Assembly (NCBI GenBank): GCA_964389135.1
Contig: CAYMDA010000004.1
Coordinates: forward strand, 72,832-136,831
Direction: 5' to 3'
Source: an uncultured Verrucomicrobiota bacterium
GTDB lineage: Bacteria; Verrucomicrobiota; Verrucomicrobiia; Limisphaerales; CAIMTB01
DNA length: 64,000 nucleotides
Under the pieces are notes generated by a model, which searched no databases, was not told where the DNA came from, and saw only the letters and a list, made by a program, of their open reading frames with translations. This document shows, in pieces, positions 20,572-29,711 of the stretch. The translations under genes were made by a program, and so were the position numbers. The stretch's first letter is position 1. Each line of letters opens with the position of its first letter.

Positions 20572-21477
20572 ATGAAGGCGTCCCACCTGGTCCTGCTGAT
20601 CGTCCTGAACCTCGGGTGGGCCGCCGTGCCCACCATCGCCACGCGCCTCGAGGAGGTTCTTTCGCCGGCGCAGTTCGTCTTCCTGCGGTACGCCCTCGCG
20701 CTCGGCGCGATGGCGCTCGTCGCGCCGTGGCTCCCGGGGTGCTTTCCCCGCGGAGCTGACTTCTGGCGCACGGTCGGCATGGGAGCCGCCGTGTTCTGTC
20801 TCGGCCACTTCCTGCAGATCGCGGGAATCCAGCGGAGCACCGCGAGCGACGCGTCCGTCCTGATCGCGCTGGACCCGCTCGTTTCCACGATCGGGGCGGC
20901 CCTATTCCTGAAGGAACACGTCCCGGCGCGGCGGTGGCTCGGCCTCGGGCTGGCGATCGCGGGAGTGACGCTCATGTCCCTGTGGCAAAGTGACACGCCC
21001 CTGCCGGGATTGCTGGCCAACCTGCTGATCCTGCTGTCGTTCGTGACCGAGGCGGTGTGGTCGGTCGTCGGAAAGCCGCTGATCACCCGCTGGGGCATTC
21101 CCCGGATCACCCTGCTGGCCCTGGCCTCCGGCACCGTATGCAACATGCTGCTGCTCGCCGTCACGCCCGGCGATCATGCGGGCGCCTTCGCGCGGCTTGG
21201 CACGGAGGGGTGGCTGAGCCTCGCGGCGCTGGGTGTCGTCCTCACCGCGTTCGGCTACAGCGCATGGCACTGGGTCATCCGCGACGTGCCCGTCAGCCTC
21301 GCCGCCCTTACAGTGTACCTGCAGCCGGTGCTGGCCCTCGCCATGGCGATCTCCTTCGCCGGAGCCAGCCTGCATGCCGGCCACGTGATGGGAAGCGTGG
21401 TGATCGTCGTCGGCCTCGTCATCGGGATTCGGGGACGGACGCCCCCCGTGGTCGCCGCCGAAATGCCCCAGAAATGA
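20572..21477 (+). CDS. EamA/DMT-family transporter
   Basis: 301 aa of about 10 hydrophobic spans in two EamA-like halves (..LNLGWAAVPTIA..FLRYALALGAMAL..; ..GVVLTAFGYSAWHWVIRDVPVSLAALTVYLQPVLA..). Confidence 0.8.
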   Translation: MKASHLVLLIVLNLGWAAVPTIATRLEEVLSPAQFVFLRYALALGAMALVAPWLPGCFPRGADFWRTVGMGAAVFCLGHFLQIAGIQRSTASDASVLIALDPLVSTIGAALFLKEHVPARRWLGLGLAIAGVTLMSLWQSDTPLPGLLANLLILLSFVTEAVWSVVGKPLITRWGIPRITLLALASGTVCNMLLLAVTPGDHAGAFARLGTEGWLSLAALGVVLTAFGYSAWHWVIRDVPVSLAALTVYLQPVLALAMAISFAGASLHAGHVMGSVVIVVGLVIGIRGRTPPVVAAEMPQK

Positions 21478-21511
21478 CTGGCATCCCTCCGGCCGTCCCT
21501 GCTAGGATTCA

Positions 21512-21542
21512 CGCCCCTTGTCCCCTGAAAGGACGAGGGGCG
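21512..21542 (+). terminator. Stem-loop downstream of the EamA gene and upstream of rpsB
   Basis: CGCCCCTTGTCC-cctgaaa-GGACGAGGGGCG forms a 12-bp stem (one G-U pair) with a 7-nt loop, 35 nt after the stop. There is no U-tract, so it could instead belong to the rpsB leader. Confidence 0.35.
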
Positions 21543-21666
21543 AACGGCCTTGAATTCCGGAATCCTGGTGGATGTCCGGGTGGCCACAACAACACCCAAC
21601 CGAATCCCGTGTTCCGCGGGATGGCGGCCGGGCGAATGATCCGGTCGCTCAGAACAAAGGAAAATC

Positions 21667-22539
21667 GTGCCCACAATCGGCATCAAAGAACTGCTCGAAG
21701 CCGGCGTCCACTTCGGACATCAGACCCGTCGCTGGAATCCTCGGATGAAGCCCTTCATCTTCGAGGCGCGCAACGGCATCCACATCATCGATCTGAGCAA
21801 GACGGTCGGACAGATCGAGGCGGCCTGCAATTTTCTGTCCTCGGTGGCCCGTGAAGGCGGGGAGATCCTCTTCGTGGGGACCAAGAAGCAGGCCCAGTCC
21901 GCCGTCAAGGAGGCCGCCCAGGCCTGCGGCGCCATGTACGTCACGGAACGCTGGCTCGGCGGCACGCTGACCAATTTCTCGACCCTCAAGAAGTCCCTCG
22001 AGCGTCTCCGCCACATCGAGAAGATGGAGGCCGACGGGACGATCCTGAATTACGTGAAGCAGGAGCAGTCGATGCTCCGCCGCGAGGCCGGCCGGCTTCG
22101 CAAGAACCTCGATGGCATCCGCGGGATGGCCCAGAAGCTCCCTGCCGCGATGTTCGTCGTCGATCTTCGCCGCGAGCACAACGCCGTGGCGGAGGCGCGC
22201 CGGCTCAAGATTCCCATCGTGGCGATCGTCGACACGAACTGCGATCCGCTGCAGGCCGAGTATCCGATCGCCGGCAATGACGACGCCATCCGGTCGGTCC
22301 GCCTGATCCTCAGCCTGATCACCGACGCCATCTCGAGCGGCCGCGCCGAGTACGAGGCGAAGTACGCCCGCCGCAAGACCGAGGCGGAGGCGGCTCCCGC
22401 CGCCACGACCGAGGGTGCCACGGCCGAAGCCGCGTCCGCACCGGCCGCCGCCGCGGTCGCGCCCGCACCGGCTCCGGCTCCGGCTCCGGAGTCCGCGCAG
22501 CCCGCCGAACAACCCGCCGCCGCGCCGGCGGCCTCCTGA
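21667..22539 (+). CDS. rpsB: 30S ribosomal protein S2, with Ala/Pro-rich C-terminal extension
   Basis: (GTG)PTIGIKELLEAGVHFGHQTRRWNPRMKPFIFEARNGIHIIDL..FVGTKKQA..ERWLGGTLTNF.. is canonical S2. The last 50 or so residues are low-complexity A/P/E. Confidence 0.9.
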   Translation: MPTIGIKELLEAGVHFGHQTRRWNPRMKPFIFEARNGIHIIDLSKTVGQIEAACNFLSSVAREGGEILFVGTKKQAQSAVKEAAQACGAMYVTERWLGGTLTNFSTLKKSLERLRHIEKMEADGTILNYVKQEQSMLRREAGRLRKNLDGIRGMAQKLPAAMFVVDLRREHNAVAEARRLKIPIVAIVDTNCDPLQAEYPIAGNDDAIRSVRLILSLITDAISSGRAEYEAKYARRKTEAEAAPAATTEGATAEAASAPAAAAVAPAPAPAPAPESAQPAEQPAAAPAAS

Positions 22540-22585
22540 GGAGAGGCGACCCTCACCGTTTCATCGCACTTACCTGATCGATTCT

Positions 22586-23428
22586 ATGCCTGAGATCACT
22601 GCGGCCGCCGTCGGCAGACTCCGCGAAATGACCAATGCCGGCCTCATGGATTGCAAGAAGGCCCTGACCGAGGCCCAGGGCGACATCGACGCCGCCATCG
22701 AGATCCTTCGCAAGCGGGGCGTCGCGCAGGCCGCCAAGAAATCCGGCCGCGAGGCGCGCGAGGGCATCATCGCGCAGTACATCGTTCCCGGGGGGAAGTC
22801 CGGCGTGCTCGTCGAGATCAACTGCGAGACGGACTTCGTCGCCAAGAACGACACCTTCCGCGACTTCTGCGACGAGGTGGCCCGCCGCGTCGCCACCGAA
22901 CCGGGGGCGGACCTCGAGTCGCTCCGGGTCGCAGCCGTGGCGAAGATCGGCGAGAACATCAAGATCTCCCGGCAGCAGCGGTTCGACCTCGGCGGCCCCG
23001 GCATCATCGCGGCCTACATCCATACCGGCGGCAAGGTCGGTGTGCTGGTCGAGGTCGGGTGCACGAAGGAAGCCACCGCGGCCACCGAGGAGTTCCGGCA
23101 GCTCGTGAAGGACATCACGCTCCAGATCGCCGCCGCCAGCCCCACGGCCGTTTCCCGGGCCCAGGTGCCGCAGGCCGTGATCGACAAGGAACGCGAAATC
23201 GCCGCCGCCTCCGATCGCCTGAAGGGCAAGCCCGCGAACGCCCTCGAGAAGATCATTCACGGCATGCTCGAGAAGTTCTTCCAGACGGTCTGCCTGCTCG
23301 AGCAGGGTTTCGTCCGCGACCCGGACAAGTCCGTCCAGCAGCACATCGAAAGCGTCGCCAAGCCGCTCGACGACACGATCGAGATCCGGCGGTTCCTGCG
23401 CTGGCAGGTCGGCGAGGAAGCGTCCTGA
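22586..23428 (+). CDS. tsf: Elongation factor Ts
   Basis: MPEITAAAVGRLREMTNAGLMDCKKALTEAQGDIDAAIEILRKRG (UBA-like N-domain)..YIHTGGKVGVLVEV..; classical rpsB-tsf pair. Confidence 0.9.
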   Translation: MPEITAAAVGRLREMTNAGLMDCKKALTEAQGDIDAAIEILRKRGVAQAAKKSGREAREGIIAQYIVPGGKSGVLVEINCETDFVAKNDTFRDFCDEVARRVATEPGADLESLRVAAVAKIGENIKISRQQRFDLGGPGIIAAYIHTGGKVGVLVEVGCTKEATAATEEFRQLVKDITLQIAAASPTAVSRAQVPQAVIDKEREIAAASDRLKGKPANALEKIIHGMLEKFFQTVCLLEQGFVRDPDKSVQQHIESVAKPLDDTIEIRRFLRWQVGEEAS

Positions 23429-23501
23429 GGTTCTCCGGTGAACCGGAGCGCGCCCCCGCGCCTCCGGTTCACTGCGGCCGGGCGGTGCCCGCGGGGTCGA
23501 G

Positions 23502-24065
23502 ATGAAGACGTTCCTCGTCAACCTCCTCGTCCTGCTGGCTCTCGGGCTCTGCGCGTTCAACGTCATTCAGTGGCATCGCGAGGCCGCGCTTCGCGCCCGG
23601 CTCTCCGCCTTCGCCTCGGAGATCGAGAACAAGTCCCTGGAGAACCTCCGCCTCCAGCAGACCCTCGACGCGCAGGCGGATGAGATCCGTCGGGTCGAGG
23701 CGATTCGGGGCGCGTTGGAGGATGCCGGCCGGTCCAATCGGCTGGAAATCCGGCGCCTCGAAGAGGAGGCCAGCGTTCTCCGGGTCCAACTAAGCAATCA
23801 AACCGTCCGAGCGGAGCAGCTCGAGCAGTATCGGAGCGCCTTCGAGAAGGCCAACGAGAACCTCAGGATCCAGAACGAGATCATCGCGGAACAGAACGGC
23901 CGCCTGAAACAGATCGCCGACGAACGCAACGAGATCGTCGGTCGGTTCAATCGGCTGGCGGAGGATTACAAGAGGCTCGGCGACGAGTACCACCGCGTAC
24001 TGGGTCTTTACACGAATCTTGTGTCGGAGGTGGAGGCCGCCAATCGGCGGCTCCGCGCCCCCTGA
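23502..24065 (+). CDS. Membrane-anchored coiled-coil protein (unknown function)
   Basis: N-terminal TM helix MKTFLVNLLVLLALGLCAF, then about 160 aa of heptad-like, E/R/L/Q-rich sequence. Confidence 0.55.
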   Translation: MKTFLVNLLVLLALGLCAFNVIQWHREAALRARLSAFASEIENKSLENLRLQQTLDAQADEIRRVEAIRGALEDAGRSNRLEIRRLEEEASVLRVQLSNQTVRAEQLEQYRSAFEKANENLRIQNEIIAEQNGRLKQIADERNEIVGRFNRLAEDYKRLGDEYHRVLGLYTNLVSEVEAANRRLRAP

Positions 24066-24116
24066 GCGCGCGCAGGACCGCCCCCCTGCGGCATTAACGT
24101 CGCGCGGCGCATCGCG

Positions 24117-25124
24117 TCAGGACCCCTTGATCGACTCGGCAAACGCCCGCGCGAAGTACGTGAGGATGATCTCCGCTCCGGCCCGGCGGATGCCGAGGAG
24201 GGATTCGTCCCGGGCGCGGGGGAGGTCGATCCAGCCACGCTCTCCGGCCGCGTGCAGGGCGGCGTACTCCCCGGAAACCTGGTAGGCGGCCACGGGAAGC
24301 CGTGTCGATTCGCGCAGGGCCCGGATCACGTCGAGGTAAGGGCCCGCGGGTTTCACCATCAGGATGTCCGCGCCCTCGGCCTCATCCAGCAGCGCGTCCG
24401 CGACGGCTTCGCGCGCGTTGGCCGGATTGAGCTGGTAGGTGCGCTTGTCGAGATAGCCGCCTCCGGCGGCCTGTCCGCTTCCGACGGCATCGCGGAAGGG
24501 ACCGTAGAACGCCGACGCGAACTTCGCCGCGTACGCCATGATCCCCGTGTGGGCACAGCCGGCGGCGTCCAGCGCCTCGCGAATGGCGCCGACGCGGCCG
24601 TCCATCATGTCCGAGGGGGCCACCCAGTCGCTGCCGGCCTGGGCCTGGATGACCGCCATCCGGGCGAGCTGACGCACCGTGGCGTCGTTGTCCACGTCGC
24701 CCGTGGAATCGTTGAGGATGCCATCGTGACCATGGCTGGTGTAGGGGTCGAGGGCCACGTCCGTGATGACCAGCAGCTCCGGAACGGCAGCCTTCACCGC
24801 CCGAACCGCGCGGCACACGAGGTTCTCCGGATTCAACGCTTCCGAACCGGCGGGATCCTTGCGCTCGGGAGGCGTCGCCGGAAAGATCGCGATGGCGGGG
24901 ATCCCGAGCCTAGCGAGGTGCTCGCACTCGCGCACGAGGCCGCTCACCGACAACCGGTCCACTCCGGGGAGGGAGCTCACCGGGATGCGCTCCGATTCGC
25001 CGGCATGCACGAACAGCGGGGCGACGAGATTCGCGACGTCCAGCCGGGTTTCCTGGACCATCGCGCGTACGGCCGGGGTGCGGCGCAGGCGCCGCGGCCT
25101 GCGCCGCAGGTTCAACGACTCCAT
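24117..25124 (-). CDS. hemB: Porphobilinogen synthase (delta-aminolevulinate dehydratase), Asp-rich (non-zinc) metal-site type
   Basis: MESLNLRRRPRRLRRTPAVRAMVQETRL.. N-terminus; ..ITDVALDPYTSHGHDGIL.. (Asp-rich site in place of the Cys-rich zinc site); ..ADILMVKPAGPYLDVI.. (active-site Lys). Confidence 0.9.
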   Translation of the reverse strand: MESLNLRRRPRRLRRTPAVRAMVQETRLDVANLVAPLFVHAGESERIPVSSLPGVDRLSVSGLVRECEHLARLGIPAIAIFPATPPERKDPAGSEALNPENLVCRAVRAVKAAVPELLVITDVALDPYTSHGHDGILNDSTGDVDNDATVRQLARMAVIQAQAGSDWVAPSDMMDGRVGAIREALDAAGCAHTGIMAYAAKFASAFYGPFRDAVGSGQAAGGGYLDKRTYQLNPANAREAVADALLDEAEGADILMVKPAGPYLDVIRALRESTRLPVAAYQVSGEYAALHAAGERGWIDLPRARDESLLGIRRAGAEIILTYFARAFAESIKGS

Positions 25125-25211
25125 GCCGACCTGTAGGTCCAGGCGGTCCGGGTCGTCCAGTCTTATCCATTTCCACCGTAACCAGTGCCCGGCTGGTTGC
25201 GTCCTCCCGAG

Positions 25212-26030
25212 ATGCCCATGACCATGAAATCCGCGCTCCTGAGCATAGGGTGTGTTCTTGCGTTCCTGACGGCCTCCAGCCTGCACGCGCAGGACTGGGC
25301 GAGGGAACGGCTCGAGAAATCGCCGCGTCACCTCGAATGGGTGAAGGTCAGCCAGGGCGCCCGCGAGGTGCATGCGTTCGTCGCCTACCCCGAGGTGCCC
25401 GACAAGGCCACGGCCGTCCTCGTGATCCACGAGATCTTCGGCCTCACGGACTGGGTGCGCGGCGTCGCCGATCAGCTCGCCGAGGCCGGCTATATCGCGA
25501 TCGCTCCCGACCTTCTCTCCGGCATGGCTCCGGGCGGCGGCGGCACGCCGGAGTTCGAGGGGGGCGACAGCGTGCGGCGCGCCGTGTCCTCGCTTCCTCC
25601 GGACCAGGTCACGGCGGACCTCGAGGCGGTCGCCGAGTACGTCCGCAAGCTGCCCGCCTGTAACGGCAAGGTCGCGGTCGCCGGCTTCTGCTGGGGCGGC
25701 ACACAGACGTTTCGCTTCGCCACCAGCAGCGATGACATCGCCGCTGCGTTCGTCTTCTACGGTTCAGGCCCGACCGAGAAGGACGCCATCCAGCGCATCA
25801 ACGCTCCGGTCTACGGCTTCTACGGCGGCAACGACGCGCGCGTGAACGCGACGATCGATCAGTCGAAGGAACTCATGCAGGAAGCCGGCAAGACCTATGA
25901 ACCCGTGATCTACGATGGTGCCGGTCACGGATTCATGCGCGCGGGCGAGGCTCCCGACGCCAGCGCCGCGAACAAGCGCGCCCGGGAGGAGGCATGGAAG
26001 CGCTGGAAGGAACTGCTCGCGAAACTCTGA
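25212..26030 (+). CDS. Dienelactone hydrolase-family protein, exported
   Basis: Signal peptide ..MKSALLSIGCVLAFLTASSLHA; ..VLVIHEIFGLTDW..; the nucleophile elbow VAVAGFCWGG is the DLH Cys motif; ..YDGAGHGF.. (His). The start could be 25212, 25218 or 25224. Confidence 0.8.
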   Translation: MPMTMKSALLSIGCVLAFLTASSLHAQDWARERLEKSPRHLEWVKVSQGAREVHAFVAYPEVPDKATAVLVIHEIFGLTDWVRGVADQLAEAGYIAIAPDLLSGMAPGGGGTPEFEGGDSVRRAVSSLPPDQVTADLEAVAEYVRKLPACNGKVAVAGFCWGGTQTFRFATSSDDIAAAFVFYGSGPTEKDAIQRINAPVYGFYGGNDARVNATIDQSKELMQEAGKTYEPVIYDGAGHGFMRAGEAPDASAANKRAREEAWKRWKELLAKL

Positions 26031-26073
26031 ACCCGGACCTTCGACGCTCCCCTTCCCCACCCCGAGCATCAGC

Positions 26074-27495
26074 ATGATCCCGCTGCGTATCCCCGAATCC
26101 GCCCGCCCCGCCGGTCGCGCGGCCGCGCTCATCGCGACCGCGACCGCATGGCTCGCCTTCATGGCCTCCGCCGGAGCGGCGGATCAGTGGCCCCAGTGGC
26201 GCGGTCCCGAGAACACCGGCGTAGCTCCCGAAGCCTCGCCGCCGATCGAGTGGAGCGAGACCCGCAACGTGAAGTGGAAGTTCGAGATTCCCGGTGGCGG
26301 CACATCGACTCCCATCATCTGGGACAATCAGGTGTTTCTTCTGACGGCCATCCCGGTTCCCGAGGCGCAGGCGGCGGAGGAGCCCGCGGCCGGCGCCTCT
26401 CCGTCGTCGCGGTCCGAGAGCCCTGCCGACCAGCCCCCCGGACGCCGCGGCCGCGGAGGCGGCGCACGGCGGGCGCCGGCGGATGAGCCTCCGCCGCAGC
26501 GACAGCAGTTCGTCGTGCTCTCCGTCGATCGCGAGTCGGGAAAGGAACGCTGGCGCCGCGTCGTGCGCGAGGAGGTCCCCCACGAAGGCCACCACCGCGA
26601 CCACGGTTTCGCATCGTACTCGCCGGTCACGGACGGCGAACGGCTCTACGTACACTTCGGATCGCGCGGGCTTCATGCCTGCGACCTCGAGGGCAATCTC
26701 CACTGGCAGCGGGACCTCGGCCGCATGCAAACCAAGATGGGATTCGGCGAGGGCGGCTCCCCCGCGCTGCACGGGGACATCCTGGTCGTGAAGTGGGATC
26801 ATGAGGGCGACGACTTCATCGCCGCCTTCGACAAGAACACCGGTCGCGAACTGTGGCGTCAGCCGCGCGATGAGGCGACTTCATGGTCGTCGCCGCTCAT
26901 TGTCGAACACAGGGGCCGCGCGCAGGTCATCGTCTCGGCGACCGGGCTCGTGAAAAGCTATGACCTCGAGACGGGCCGGGAGATCTGGAGCTGCGGCGGC
27001 ATGACCGACAACGCCATCCCCACGCCGGTCGCCGGCTTCGACATGGTTTACCTGCTCAGCGGTTTCCGGGGATCGGCCCTTCTCGCGGTGCGGCTCGATT
27101 CCGAGGGGGATGTCACGGAGACGGAGTCCGTCGCATGGCGGTACGGGCGCAACACTCCGTATGTCCCCTCGCCGCTGCTCTACGGTCACCGGCTGTATTT
27201 CCACGCGGGGAACAACGCCATGCTCTCGTGCTTCGATGCGCGGGACGGCAGGAAACTGATCGACGCCGAACGCCTTCCGGGGCTCGCCGGCGTATACGCC
27301 TCTCCCCTCGGCGCCGCGGATCGCGTGTACCTGGTCGGACGGGAGGGGGGCACGCTCGTCATCCGCCATGGAGACACCCTCGAGATCCTCGCGACGAACA
27401 AGCTCGACGATCGCTTCGATGCCTCCCCGGCCGCCGTCGACCGGCAACTCTTCCTTCGGGGCCACCGCCATCTGTACTGCCTCGAGGAAGGCTGA
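26074..27495 (+). CDS. PQQ-like / BamB-like beta-propeller repeat protein, exported
   Basis: Signal-like N-terminus, then ..DQWPQWRGPENTGVA..WKFEIPGGGTSTPIIWDNQVFLL.. and repeated ..G.ELW.. blades. A Pro/Gly/Arg-rich low-complexity insert follows the first blade. Confidence 0.75.
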   Translation: MIPLRIPESARPAGRAAALIATATAWLAFMASAGAADQWPQWRGPENTGVAPEASPPIEWSETRNVKWKFEIPGGGTSTPIIWDNQVFLLTAIPVPEAQAAEEPAAGASPSSRSESPADQPPGRRGRGGGARRAPADEPPPQRQQFVVLSVDRESGKERWRRVVREEVPHEGHHRDHGFASYSPVTDGERLYVHFGSRGLHACDLEGNLHWQRDLGRMQTKMGFGEGGSPALHGDILVVKWDHEGDDFIAAFDKNTGRELWRQPRDEATSWSSPLIVEHRGRAQVIVSATGLVKSYDLETGREIWSCGGMTDNAIPTPVAGFDMVYLLSGFRGSALLAVRLDSEGDVTETESVAWRYGRNTPYVPSPLLYGHRLYFHAGNNAMLSCFDARDGRKLIDAERLPGLAGVYASPLGAADRVYLVGREGGTLVIRHGDTLEILATNKLDDRFDASPAAVDRQLFLRGHRHLYCLEEG

Positions 27496-27538
27496 TTTTC
27501 GGATCGAGCCCGGCGGGCATTCGGGGCTTCATCTCCGC

Positions 27539-29518
27539 ATGTCCCGCCTTCCGCATTTCATGGCCGGCTGGATGCTGGCCGTCGGCATGGCGTCCGGGGC
27601 GGCTGCGGCCGACCCGCGGGCCGAGCTGGCTGACTACTTCCTCGCCCAGACACGGCAGATCGCGAGCAACACCTTCGCCGGGATTCATTCGCGCGACGGG
27701 TGGCAGAGCCGCCAGGAGGAGTATCGCCGTGAACTCCTCGAGATGCTCGGCCTCTGGCCCCTCCCGGAACGCACCGACCTCCGGCCGCAGATCACCGGAA
27801 CCCTCGAGTTCGATGACTTCGTCGTCGAGAAGCTGCACTTCCAGTCCATGCCCGGACTGTACGTCACGGCGAATCTCCACCGCCCACGGGAGGCGCAGGG
27901 CAGGCTTCCCGCCATCCTGTACGCCTGCGGCCACGCGGGCGTGGTGACCAACGGCGTGAGCTGCGGCAACAAGACGGCATACCAGCACCACGGCATCTGG
28001 TTTGCCCGCCATGGCTATGTCTGCCTCCTGCTCGACACCCTGCAGCTCGGCGAGATCCAGGGTGTTCACCATGGTACCTACCGGCTCGGGCAGTGGTGGT
28101 GGAACTCGCGTGGATTCACCCCCGCCGGCGTCGAGGCATGGAACTGCATGCGGGCGATCGACTACATGGTCTCGAGGCATGACGTCGATCCCGACCGGAT
28201 CGGCATGACCGGCCGCAGCGGCGGCGGAAGCTACACATGGACCACGGCGGCCATCGACCCGCGCATCCGTGTCGCCGCCCCGGTCGCCGGAATCACCGAC
28301 CTGCATAATCATGTCGTGGACGGAGTGATCGAAGGCCACTGCGACTGCATGTTCTTCCTGAACTCGCACCGCTGGGACTTCGCCCTCAACGCCGCGCTGA
28401 TTGCCCCCCGGCCGCTGCTCATCGTGAACACGGACGCGGACGCCATCTTTCCGCTCGACGGCGTGCAGCGTCTCCATCGCGACGTGCGCCGCGTTTACGA
28501 GTGGTACGATGCCGCGAACAGGCTTGGCCTCGTCATCGCGCCCGGGGGTCACAAGGACACCCAGGACCTGCAGGTGCCCGTTTTCCGATGGTTCAACATC
28601 CATCTCCGCGGCGAGGATCCCCTGATCACCGTGGCCGCCGAACGGCTCATCCCGCCGATCGACCTCCGAGTCTTCGACGAACTCCCGGCCGACGAACGCA
28701 ACACCACGGCGCCCGACTGGTTCGGAACCCATCCGTCTCCGCCCGATCCGGAACAGGAGCCGGCCGGCTTCCTCGAACAGCTTCGGCACCGGGTGTTCGG
28801 GGGCTGGCCGAACAAGCTCGATCCCGTTCGTCCTCGGGTCCTGACCGAGGACAGGCGTCCCGACGGTACGCTGTTGCGCGCGTGGGAGTTCGAATCCCAG
28901 CCGCACGCAACGGTGCGTCTCTACACCCTGAGCGATCCTGCGAACGCGGCCTCCCGGATCGTCCTCCGTGTCATGGACGACCCGGCGTGGGAGCGCGCGT
29001 CAGAGATTTTCGAGAGCGACCCGGGGGCTCCCGAGCCATCGATCCATCCGCCTCCTCCCGGCCTTGAACTCCCATCCGAAACGACGCTCGCGTGGCTCGT
29101 TCCCCGCGGCATCGGACCGCTCCGCTGGTCTTCGGATGAACGGGAACGGACCCATGTTCGACGGCGCTACATGCTTCTTGGGCAGACCCTCGAGGGGATG
29201 CGCGTCTGGGACGTCCGCCGTGCCATCCATGCCCTCCGGGAGCAGTTCCCCGGGATCCGCCGCATCGAGCTGGAGGCCGAAGCGATCGCGGGCGTCCACG
29301 CCCTGTATGCCGTCGCCTTTGAGCCGGAAGTTCGGCGCCTGCACCTGCGAAACCTTCCCTCCTCCCACCGGGAGGGTCCGCACTACCTGAACATCCTGCA
29401 GATCACGGACATTCCGCAGATGATTGAATTTGCCGGCCGGCGCGGCGTCGAAGTGTACGTCGACGCCGCGTCCGGGGATCCCGGGCCTGCCACCGGCCTC
29501 GACGGGCACGCCCCGTAA
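27539..29518 (+). CDS. Exported alpha/beta hydrolase (acetylxylan esterase / S9-like serine hydrolase family)
   Basis: Signal MSRLPHFMAGWMLAVGMASGAAAA; ..PAILYACGH..; nucleophile elbow ..IGMTGRSGGGSYTW..; ..NTDADAIFP.. and ..PGGHKD.. supply the acid and His. Confidence 0.7.
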   Translation: MSRLPHFMAGWMLAVGMASGAAAADPRAELADYFLAQTRQIASNTFAGIHSRDGWQSRQEEYRRELLEMLGLWPLPERTDLRPQITGTLEFDDFVVEKLHFQSMPGLYVTANLHRPREAQGRLPAILYACGHAGVVTNGVSCGNKTAYQHHGIWFARHGYVCLLLDTLQLGEIQGVHHGTYRLGQWWWNSRGFTPAGVEAWNCMRAIDYMVSRHDVDPDRIGMTGRSGGGSYTWTTAAIDPRIRVAAPVAGITDLHNHVVDGVIEGHCDCMFFLNSHRWDFALNAALIAPRPLLIVNTDADAIFPLDGVQRLHRDVRRVYEWYDAANRLGLVIAPGGHKDTQDLQVPVFRWFNIHLRGEDPLITVAAERLIPPIDLRVFDELPADERNTTAPDWFGTHPSPPDPEQEPAGFLEQLRHRVFGGWPNKLDPVRPRVLTEDRRPDGTLLRAWEFESQPHATVRLYTLSDPANAASRIVLRVMDDPAWERASEIFESDPGAPEPSIHPPPPGLELPSETTLAWLVPRGIGPLRWSSDERERTHVRRRYMLLGQTLEGMRVWDVRRAIHALREQFPGIRRIELEAEAIAGVHALYAVAFEPEVRRLHLRNLPSSHREGPHYLNILQITDIPQMIEFAGRRGVEVYVDAASGDPGPATGLDGHAP

Positions 29519-29711
29519 GAACAACTGAACCGTAAGATCGACATCTCGGGGCCTCCCCCGGGGGACGTCCGGCTCCGCAGGAACGCGGGTCGAGCGCGCT
29601 TGCGGGGGGCCATTTCGTCTCTCCACCCGACCAATGAACTCGAAAGGCTTTACTCGCTCGAGATGCACGTTGCAAACGCTCCACGGTCGATGCAGTCCGA
29701 TTCCCCGCGGG

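Noticed and set aside
22468-22485. (CCGGCT)x3 microsatellite
   Set aside because: It lies inside the rpsB reading frame and simply encodes (Ala-Pro)n. It is not an independent non-coding repeat.
29548-29559. 12-bp perfect palindrome TCCCCCGGGGGA just after the esterase gene
   Set aside because: It has no loop, so it forms at best a 4-bp hairpin. It is too short to separate from chance in GC-rich DNA.
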